Assembly: GCA_903813345.2 (NCBI GenBank)
Contig: CAIIXF020000001.1
Span: 43,834,001-43,898,000 of the forward strand
Direction: 5' to 3'
Source: Owenia fusiformis
Lineage: Eukaryota
Length of the DNA stretch: 64,000 nt
This document shows, one piece after another, positions 23,401 to 35,400 of this stretch. Position numbers and translations under genes: made by a program. Numbering within the stretch: position 1 is the stretch's first letter; every line of letters starts with the position of its first letter. The notes under the pieces are model-generated. The model was not told where the DNA came from. It did no database searches and was given only the letters and a program-made list of their open reading frames with translations.

Positions 23401-26400
23401 AAATATTACCATTGATCCCAGAATGCTAGAATGATATTGTATATATCAATTAAAAGATGGCAGTATTCACCTTTCCACAAAGTAAAGAAAATCGATAATT
23501 TCCGGCGCGCTGATTGGTTGTATGCAAATGAGTCAAATCAATGACGTCAATGGTAGAAAGTTTTGAAGAATTAGTACAGCCAGCATAGGAATATTTTGAA
23601 TAAACTACAATAAAAAGGATTCTATTTGCCAAATGCACATTTATTATTTTTAATCAAATAAGAAATATGGACGGGGCACTTTGATTCCGAACCTTATGTA
23701 GTTTAAATTAATCATTTTTTGACAGAACTATTGTTTATTAAGACTTCTGAGATCAGCTTCACATACCCGGGCTCACATATCTCGTGCGATTGTAAACAAA
23801 AAATGTAAATTGTGAAGTTACAAACAACGATCGGTTTAATTATCTGATAGTGGTCATACAATATTCTGTTAAATGGTTATATGTCGTAGTAAGAAGTTCC
23901 ATCAGAAATTCACCATGAGTGACATTCGCGCAAACGAAACCAATCGAACTGAAACACGATTTGTTTGACTTTGTTATGGAGGATCGATCCCATCTCCATA
24001 ATACACATTAACAAAATATTTTCAAAAGCATGCATGAATATGTTACGGTAACTTAAACCATGGGCTTTCTAGATCATGAAAGCCCATGACTAAACTAACT
24101 TTCTTATCATTGAAACTTTTTCCAGTTGCAATTTCAGTAAAACGTAGAATGGGTTTCTCGCTAAACGCGACTGGGCCTCATTAAAAAACCTTCATTTCAT
24201 CCTCCAAACTTGGAGAACGCCCATTGGCTATTAAAAAGATAACTTCGAAGCAAAATTTTCTATCCTAGAAGTTAGACTTAAACCATTACTTTATTATTTA
24301 CCAAATGAAATTTGTTCATAGTACATATACGATATCGTTACCTTTTGGTATTAATTCGCCATCAGCGATGTCAATAACGATCAGCAATGTCAACATATCA
24401 TCAATAAATATTATAGATATACGCTCTTTCTTTGAAATCTTTCCGGTGATCATTATTCAAAACCGATCATCACATAACTAATTTATCCTATGACAAGTGA
24501 GGTTTCACAAATGAAGTTTTCAGGACACCCTGCATATTCAGGTTTGTTTTCTAAGCGTTCTCATTATTTTCGAGAAATCCATCATCATTTTGGCTAAGAA
24601 AAATTCTACGGTCTGCTGGATCTATGTTGACAGTTTTGCTTTAGCAAGATATTCTAACAAATTGACTGTTTCTACACTGAATAAAAAACATTCTATATTC
24701 CGATGTTTTCATGTATACTATTTTCAAGATACGATCTTATATATGACTTGTAGAAATAGATAGGAAGTAATCGTGATTAGTTAATTGAATTATGGGAGTA
24801 GTGAAGTCAATGATTAAATGAATAAGAGCAAATGTTTTTAATTTGAACAGGTCATTCATCAAATGAAACTGAAGATTAACTTAAAATAGATTGTCTATCT
24901 ATATATTTTTATGCATGAGAGACATGTTATAATGTTGGTGAACCAATGATTATGATAATTTCACCTGTTCACATGCAGTTCCCATTATGATTGAAAAATG
25001 ACCGTGAGTAATTCTCTTCAATTTATTTACTCATTATGAACAGAAATTTAATATTTAAATCGCTTAGAAGGCGTAAATAAATGTTAATTTGACGTTCAAT
25101 AAAAAATCCGTCAATAATTTACTGATAATTTGCACATTTGAAGAGGTAAAACTTACAGCAATCAACCGAGGATTTACATGTATACTCAATTGCATTTGTT
25201 TTTCGCGGGCAAAAAGTTTCTCCCATTGACGTCACAGATTTTTAAGCGGCTCATTATAATATTCATGAGCTGACTTTATGGAAAGGTGAATAATTACATG
25301 TTTATGATACATGAATACTAAAAATGATAATGCAGTCTTTCCTTGCAAAAACAATTACTGTCATTAGTCTATTATACCAATCAACCCCTTTCATCTGTCA
25401 ATTTTTTTGAAAAGTACATCTTTACATTGACAGCATCTAGTTGAAACAGGGTTTTGCTCTTAGGTATGAAACCATCCTTCTTATGCTAGCCTATATACAT
25501 GTAATGGCAATTGGCGCTAGGCGGCAATTCTATAATTGTATAATTTCAATAATGTTATAAATAAATGAAACAAAAAAAATTCTTTCATTCAAACTGACAC
25601 AATATCTGCAAATGATACATATGTACATTTTGAAATACATGTTGTTCCTCATATCATGTACCTACTGTAAATTGGTAATCATTTTTCACTATAGGTGAAC
25701 ACATTGTCACCAGAGGTTTCTACGCAATTCAAGGAAGTGATGAAGGAGGTATGGGCCAACCCAGAAGTCAAGAGTGCCATCCTCATCTCAGGAAAACCAG
25801 AGTGCTTTATTGCAGGCGCTGATATTAAGTAGGTCAAAAACAAAATTCATATACTATTACATGTTATGTTCAGAAATGACTAAATAATATCTGAATAAGA
25901 TTTATTCCATAGTTCTTCATGGATATGCATTATACGGTCTGGTAATACATGCTCACTTATGCTAATCTCAGATGGATCATAATCCCATGGTTGTTAGAAT
26001 TGGAATCAAGATGAGATTGAATTTAAACCTTGTAAATTTCTTTATAATGGTTTAGCTATGTGTCATATGTGGATACTAGATAGATAGACAATGGAATGAA
26101 TGGTTTAAATGTAGAAATTAATTAATCAATTAATTCAGTGTCAACAGTCTAAAATAAGATGATAGCTTCATTTAAGATTTTGCTGAGATAAAGATTTGAA
26201 AGTTTGGTGTCCTTCTCGTACTCTATCTAGCACTATTATCATTCTGAAGCAATGTTGAACGTTGCTTCGAGTATGTATTAAATGAATCTTATTTTATTAG
26301 ATATAAGTGTATGTCATTACAAACATTGATTCTCTGTATTTAGTATGCTTGAAGCATGCCAGACTGCTGAAGAAGCTGAGACATTGTCTAGAGATGGCCA

Positions 26401-29400
26401 GGAGATGTTAGCTGCTGTAGAGAACAGCACCAAGCCAGTGGTGGCTGCCATCATGGGCTCATGCTTGGGGGGAGGCCTGGAAGTGGCTATATCATGTCAG
26501 TACAGGATAGCTGTCCAAGGCATGAAGACCGTGCTAGGTTGTCCTGAAGTAATGCTGGGTCTTCTACCTGGAGCTGGTGGTACACAGCGCATACCTAAGA
26601 TGGTTAGTGGTCAATAGGGGGAATACAAATAGGATTCCATTACTTGGTTCATTATTGTATGACTTGATACTCTACTGCATTGTCCCTCCGATTCATTGAT
26701 TTAATTTCACAATATTATGATATTTCCAACTACTTCCCCCCAGGCAAGGCATTGCAGAGTCAGTAGTCACAACTAGTGCCTGCTCTTTAACCAGTCAAAA
26801 TTCAGTATTTCTAATATGGTACTATACATTTATAAACTTAGTAATAAAATAGTATGCCATTGGTACACTTACAGAAACAGAATACTATGATGCAATACAA
26901 ATAATAGCACAATTAATGATACTTTGTTGTATGATATATTTAGGTCCCTATAGCTACAGGCTTAGAAGCAGTTCTTACTGGCAAGAACTTCAAACCAGAT
27001 AAGGCAAAGAAGATTGGCCTTGTAGATGCAGTTATATCTCCATTGGGTAGGTAATATATTATCGTACCAGTAATCGTAAATTTTTCAGTGCATATATTTT
27101 GGGAAGTTAAAAACCTTGGACAATTTGCATCATGATATAGCCGGTGTATGTATCATAGAATTGATGGGATACCGGGAACTCAGGACCAGCCACCACTTAT
27201 CATTACTTAACTATAGTTGATGTTCACATTTGACTTGACTATACATTAGAATAACTTATTGGAATCCCATCTTTATTTACATGTACATGTACTTATTTAC
27301 ATATAACGACTGATGTCCCTTGCTTTTGTTGAGTAGAAACATCCACCAATCAATCAATGATTATTATTTTATGAATAACAGTTTTTGAATTTGTGGTCAC
27401 AATATCTCCATTCTCCATGGTGCGTGTATGACTTGCTTTGATTTACAGGCCCTGGAATAAAATCTCCCCAAGCCCGCACCCTAGAATACCTAGAGGAAGT
27501 GGCTATACAGACAGCACGTGGACTCGCTGATGGATCAGTCAAAAAGTCTCCAAGGAAACTAGGGTTGACAGATAGTAAGTAAATACAGGTTGATGTTATG
27601 AGCTACTATATGGAGCATGCTGTTCATAGTGTATGTTATATTAAGGATACAAATGATGAAATGAAGCACTTCTTCACATATTATATAGTCATGTAGCTGA
27701 ATAGAAAATTATTTCTTAAATGTGATTTCAACAAATACAAAGGCTTTGTTTAATTATTCAAGTGACCTCTTTAATACTTTCATTGGTTTTAAATGATTTG
27801 TTCAATAGTTTAATTGATTTGTTCAATAGTTTAATTGATTTGTTCAATAGTTTAATTGATTTGTTTCAGAAATAATGAACAAGATGATGGACTATCAAGT
27901 TGGCAGAGACTTCTTTTTCAATAAAGCAACTGCAGGAGTGATGAAACAAACTAGTGGATTATATCCTGCTCCATTGAAAATTATTGAGGTTGGTACTACT
28001 CCTAGAGTATATAATTTTGATTATTGTTTGATTTGAAAAGTAAACTTGGGCTTATACAGTACACATGCTTGTACAGTACAGCACACTTCATTTCACTACA
28101 CTACACTAAACTTTACAGTTCCCATAAAGGTTTACTATTCATTTGTATTTTCATTATTTCCTAGATATATTATTGAATACAATCAAACATTCAAAACACT
28201 GACTGATGATGATGTGCAAACCCATCAACAAAAAAATAATAATTTATATTGCTTAGCATAGTGTGATGTGATTAATTATATTCAGCAAACATTTTATTCA
28301 TTTGCTTAATGTTGTGGTTTAATTTGTAGAGTGTAAGGGCAGGCATTGAGAAAGGGAAAGCTGCTGGTTATGCCTCAGAGGCAAAGGTTAGTGAGTTAAG
28401 ATGTCATTGAGGCCTACTCACATTTCAAAAAAAATTTCAGGTTGGAGGCTTAAGACTAACAATTTTGTTAGACATGTGCTAACTTTACACAAACATTGCC
28501 GATTTAAATCTATATAGGTAGATTGTACTTTTAGAGTATTATATTGGATGTATGTTCTACTGGGAAGAGATTGAATATCAAAATTAAAGAAAAACATGTG
28601 TCAAAAAAACCTTTTTATCTTGAAGTATTCATTGTTAAATGACATAATAGACTGTATGCTGTGTTTGGCAGATAATATCTTCTTTTACTGGCATATTTTA
28701 ATTTGTATAACTATCAGATGCATAAGGGTAATATGAAAAGTGAACCACTAAAACTGATGATTATTCAAGTTTAAGGGAACTTTGTAATACCTTGCCATGT
28801 TATTTCTCCCGCAGCAGCCACCTGGTGGCGAAATTGGTAACTACCTACTCGCATCTGAGTAATCGGCATGTAATTTTTCAGAATTTTGGTGAACTAGCAA
28901 TGACATCAGAGAGCAAGGCCTTGATAGGACTGTTCCATGGTCAGACAGAATGCAAGAAGAACAGATTTGGCAATCCTGAAAAACCACCAAAGTAAGCTTT
29001 TGGAAGTGGACATTGGGGATTTTCTCTCCTTATTAATTTCTTTAATAATTTTTTGAATAAATCTTTGTCTTATGTGTTAAATGATAATTTTCAGGTAGAA
29101 TGACTTCTCCACATAACTCTTGAAGCATTTAATTGTTTGTAAAACTTTTTTTGTTGCTGGCATATTAAATTTGCTAATAACTTAAATTACAACAAAATAA
29201 GTGTTTCTAATTGACCTTCAGAACTCTAGCAGTATTAGGAGCAGGACTCATGGGTGCTGGTATATGCCAGGTCAGTATGGATAAGGGTTACAATGTCATA
29301 CTCAAGGATATGGCCATGGCAGGTCTTGCTAGGGGACAGAATCAAATACAGAAAGGTTTCGACTTACAAGCCAAAAAAAGAAAAATCACGACGTAAGTAC

Positions 29401-32400
29401 CTGTACAATTTCAACAGTAGTTTATCCATTTTCTCTTTATTTGCATTTCTAAAGTTAGAAATCATTATGAATTAAAAATTCGAAATACTCATCCTTCCTA
29501 ATCCTCTTATCTCCCCATCATTGTTCTTATCTCTTCTTGTTTATAGATTTGAACGAGACATGATAATGTCAAATCTGCAGCCAACCCTCGATTATGATGG
29601 CTTTGAGCATGCTGATATGGTGATTGAAGCAGTGTTTGAGGACATCAATATTAAGCACAAGGTCTTGAAAGAAGTAGAATCTGTAAGTTAATTACAAATT
29701 TTAAATAAACAATAGCAATGAAAAATAAGATTTCTGATTAAGAACTAAAGCAATCTTTGGCTGGTTTGTAAAATATTTATTAATGTTTCAAAACTTTGAG
29801 AGAGTAGAAAATGAAATTAGGATTAGGAAAATGACATGCTTTTTGAAAAGTCTGCTACCAACTTCTTACTCTCTCTATCACTTTTATATCCTTTAAACAA
29901 TATAGACTGATACAAAGCTTCACTTTTTCTGTTTATGTAGCAAAAGAACAGGTTAGGATAAATCAAGCCAAATCCTGATTTACATATAATTTGTAAAAAA
30001 GTATGTTATGAAATCATTCTCTTAACTAGATGTGATAGTATATGCACCAGACAAATATTTCATCACAGGGACAATTTATATTTATTAAAGTACTATGATT
30101 TGTTTTGTTTTCAGAAAATTGGTGAAAATTGTATATTTGCTTCCAACACATCGGCGCTACCAATCACAAAAATTGCAGAGGTCAGCAAAAGACCTGATAA
30201 GGTTAGTCAATTCATACATAGCTGTTTAAATGATGTAATACTCCCCCTAAAATTCCATTTTTGCAGAAACAAAAATTTTGATCAATTCTCACAGAATTTC
30301 CAGCAGATTTGACACATTTTCTGAAATTATGAATAATCAGCCTGATCTTGGTAATTTATTACTTTCTGCAGTCGAATTCCTTGTTGGAATCAGTCTCAAA
30401 TGACCAAAGTACGTAAAAGACATCTGCCGCATTGTTTCTTTCGTTTTTTTCTCTTACTAGATGGTAGCATGCATTTTTGACTGTGTGTACCCAAGGAGGA
30501 TTGGAATCCATTATTCAAACTCGCTATTTCATTGCCTTACATGGAACAATTTAGTAAAATATTTCAACCTCCGACAAAATCCAGAATATATTCTTTCTTT
30601 TTACCCCCTGCGATAAGCAGTTAGCATTTCCCCTATTAAGAACTCGCAATCTGATTGGCTGTCGCAACACTGCGAATAAAACACTGCGGAAAAAAAAGAA
30701 ATCATGTATAAGTCATTACACATAATAAGTTCACATGATTCAGTTTAATCGGGCGCTTCCAAATTGGTTATAGCAGGGGGGAAGAAGGAGGTACGGATTC
30801 TGGACACTTGCTTAGGAGGATGGGTTCTCTTTGGACCAAGTATTTCATTGGAAGATTGACATTACAGATATTATGGTAATATGCAAGCTTCCTTGGCAGT
30901 TCTAGTAATCAAAATTGTTACCAAATTGATCTATGCCGAGCAACAGAGTATCGAGTTTGAACAACAGCTTGACCAATCCTCCTTCGTGTGTACCTATCAC
31001 AAAATTTTACCCTCAATTTACTATATTAACGCTAAAAACAAATTTATCACTATTATTGTCTGATATTATAAAATAATGTTAATTTCACTTGGGCCCTGTT
31101 CTTAGCAACATTTACTCCATAGCAAAAAATGGTGAAAAAAGAAATTATGGCTATTACCATTGATTGCGAATTTATCACTATTATCGTTAACATTAAAAGA
31201 AGATTGGCTTCAGGCAAAAAGGATTTGCCAGATTTAGACAAAATCAGAATTTCCATTTAAATAACATGGGGGCAAGAATATTAGCATAAGAATTCAATAA
31301 GACATCAGGACATCAGGGGTCACACACTATCAAAAATATTAAGGGGAGGCATCAAAAGTTCAATGTCTGATAGGAAACTAAATAAATCTAGTTTTGAGCT
31401 GGACCCCCCCCCTCCCCCTCAAAACTAAATATAATGAAAGTTGATCACGGACTTTTCACATGTTTTAGCGACTCAATTTGGACTTTCCTGGGGGTAGTAC
31501 TATAACTTATTTATGATTCATAAAACATGTGCCATCAACAATAGGCATAATATTCCATGTTGCATGCATCTTGGTGAAGAAGGCATCTGGTAAAGTCTTT
31601 ATTTTCAAACCATTCCAAGGCATTTCGAGTCGAAATTGCAAAAAAATTCAAATGTTGAAATTTGTCGGATAGCAAACTGAAATAGCTTTGACCCCCTCCC
31701 CCCTAAACTAGATTTATTTAGTTTTCTATCAGACATTGATCTTTTGATGCCTCCCCTAAATTGCATAAGGATATCAAACAAAAGATTTATTTCTGTTGTA
31801 TTATTATCAAAATATTTTTATTATTTTGTATAGTTAAGTACAGTATACTTTTTTCAAAGACCAGTACATATCAATATTATTGATATACATTTTACATACA
31901 ATTTGGATGTTAAAATCAATTACCAAACTGTAAAAATCAGATATTTTGATGCTATACTGATACACCTGTCAAAAAATCTTTTGCATGTCCATTAGAATTT
32001 CAAAGAGATTGTTTTGAGAAATGAAGTTTGTGATTTGGAGCTGGTTACTCTCTCGGTAATATTCACTTTAATACACTTAAGCTCCGCTGATCTAGCCGTA
32101 TCGAGGGATTCTGCTTCTAGAATTGTCATCGCTTCTATATGCAGCTTCATCAAAACCAAACAAATAGAAACCCCCTGTCAAAGGATGCCACATATAGATT
32201 CCTGATTGTCTACGATGGCGTATAGGGTGACGTGAATGGATGCTACGTCTCGCTCTCGTTGTTACAATTGAAGCTTTTGGATTCTCAGTGTTATCATCAA
32301 ATTTGTTGATTAGTTTTTTTAACTGAGGCATATGTTCCCTAGAGCCATCTTGTGATGCTTTCATGAGTTTCTTTGGTACAAATGTCTCATGCATGTACTT

Positions 32401-35400
32401 AGAGTCTATGTCAGTGAGAATGATATCTTGCTGCTTTTCTGGCTTATCTTTAAGATTTTCGCTTGCTACATGCATTAACACTGCTCCTCCCGCCATGTCC
32501 ATCAAAAGATATAGATGCACAAAACTCAAAATCAGCTTCATCATATTATCTGTGTTAGCACTCTTCAGTAGTTGAAGTCGTAGAGTCAGATACTTGTTGA
32601 TACTTCTGTTGCTATGTATAATGTCAAGATTGTAAGATACGGGTCTTATATACCAGAGTACCATGGTGATTTCATTACATCATTTGTTCCACCTTAAAGA
32701 TAAATATCTCATTATTACAATTATGGTGTGTCATCTAGGGTAGTTTAGTAGTTTATCCGGGGTAAACTGTAATTATCCCACATTCGGATGGATTTGGTTC
32801 AAATTATGCCTAGGGACACAGGTTCTTTGCTCGAGAAGGAATTTTAAAGTTGGCAGCTGTATTTTAAAATGCCCACGATTTTTCAAGGAATTTTTAAGTT
32901 GGCAACTGAATTTTAAAATGGCCGCTATTTTTCTTAGAAGAACATAATGTTTGATAACGTATATATATCCTAGTGGATGGATTTGGTTCAAATGTGATGC
33001 CTAGTGACACAGGAGCTCTGCTCGAGAAGGAATTTTCAAGTTGGCAGCTGAATTTCAAAATGGCTGCCATTTTTCAACACTGACGAATTTGGTTGAACTT
33101 GCATATGTTCATGCCTAGTAGGGACAAAGGAGCTTTGCTAAAGAAGACATTTTCAAGATGGCCACTAAATTTCAAAATGGCCAACATCTTTCATAGAAGA
33201 GCTTAATATTTGATAACTCAAATACTAGTTGATGAATTTGGTTCAAGGTTTATTTCATTGATATATTTTTCATGGCATAATACACGATGGATTTGGTTTT
33301 AAAATTTTATATGCTGATGCCTAGATACAAAGTAGCTCTGCTCAAGAAGATATTTTCAAAATAAAGAATGTGGACTTTTTTCGCCCACCATGTGGAACTA
33401 CATTATCTTTTGGCAATACATGTGCATCTAAAGTGGCCATTTTGAGACATGATTTCTAGGATTGTTGTCTGATACTCATGAGATGTTTAATATGATTTGC
33501 TACACCTTGGCATTGCTATTATCTAGTTATATTGATTTGGTTCTTCCAAAGCATAGAATATTTTTTGTAATTTGCTCAACCTACTTAATTATTGCAATTT
33601 ACATATTTTTTCACTGGAGAGAATTTGCGTCATTCAACTTAGAGGTCCAATTAGAACTCAACTTTAACTCAACTTTCACCTGGGTGAAGCATAAATGCTG
33701 CAATTACTTGATTCTTACATTTTTGTCCTTTCAGTGAAACAATACCACACTCATTTATGTACAATTATCAAGAATCATAATTGCCTTCAATATTAACATG
33801 CAGTGACTGGCTTATTATACCCTGGAGCAATATTGTCTTGTTCTTTGTCAATGGCGTAGGCAGGATTTGGTGACAAGGGATTCTATTTTTTACACCCCTC
33901 CCTTTCATTAGGATTCCTTAATTTAACACATTTTTTGTATTTATACATACAATTTCCACTTCCCCCAAAAGTTTGACAGCCTAACTCCCCCATTGGATTA
34001 CATGTTAAACAGGCCTCTTTATGTTTGATTCGTATTTGCATAATGTGTTAAAAAAAGAATTTTGAAAATTAATATCTTTCTTTACATTCAAAAAGTTATA
34101 GGTTTTCAAGAAACCTCTCCCATTGAAATAACACAGGAGGCGAAATGATTTTCAAAAATGGATTTGCAGGTCTGTAACTTTAATGTTCACAAAGTAAACT
34201 GCACTGTTGCTCATAAATATGGAATATTAGATTTGGCAGCTCAGAATTCAAAGTTTGGAGTAAGAGAACATTTATTTGTAGTTGGTTCAGACATTTATTT
34301 TCTAGGCAAATCATAACCACATATTTCATCTACAAATCAACATTTTTTAGAGAAAAAATATTCACATTTAAGTTTAGAAAATTACTGTTATTTAAACAGA
34401 GGTGCACCAAGAATTTTTTGCATTTTCAAAACACCCCGATCCAAATCGTCATGTAAAACAGATCAAACAAAATAAACATCTGGTCATGAAGATTGAAGTG
34501 TCCTCTATCCAATAGCACTAATAGTACAATAACGTCATTTCTAAGGGCAATATAGTGAAATATTGGACCGAGGGCCGAAGGCCCAAGGTCCAATATTTCA
34601 CTATATTGCTCGCAGAATATATTCTAGACCGGTCCATATAGACCACCACTATGACGTCACATATTTCTCAGGTCGATATAGTAAAATGAATGCCTTCTCA
34701 ACTAGCACTAAAACCCCTAGAACTGGCCCGGCAAGGTGGTAATAATATGCGTTATGCCCTCTTTGTGCTGCAATTAGATTATCAACCCTACCGGACCATC
34801 ATTGAATGAAACATCTGACCTTTCTAAGTGAAATAAGGCCCAGTTCCTCAATCTGGGCAGTGTGTAACTGGTAACGTGTCTAAATTTTGAGGTGGGGGTC
34901 CAAGTCACGAATCTCATTACCAAGGTCGTCCCACATTTGCTCTGCATTAGCCTGATTGGCTGACTTTTGTGCCCATGGTAGCTGGTCCATATTGCCTGCC
35001 TTGATGTAATCCAACACGATGCCACTAGAATATGCAACAGCATGATCATTCTGCAGTTGAATGTTGCCCCAAAACACTCTGTTTACATGTGGTACTTGAT
35101 GGAGGTCCAAAAGGTCAATTTACTCTGAAATTATATTTGGGAATCACCAAGGGGGTGCAACTTCTGTAATACTGCTCCAAACATAAATAGGGTCGCCTTC
35201 ATGGACTGCCACATTAGTCAGTGTCCTTATTATCTCTTTCCCCTGGTTTATCACAGAAACGAACACAATTATCAACTTTGTGGAGGACACATCTTATTTC
35301 TTCACATGATGTCCTTTGACACCAAAGATTAGGTCCAGCGTTTTGATGCTTTCCTGCCTATTGAGATCGTGGTAAGCCACGTCCTCCCCATCTCTATCTT

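Noticed and set aside
32545..32664. 40-aa N-terminal extension of the nested ORF starting at 32664
   Set aside because: That ATG lies upstream of the candidate TATA box, and the signal-peptide-like segment begins at Met 32544, so the extension is probably untranslated.
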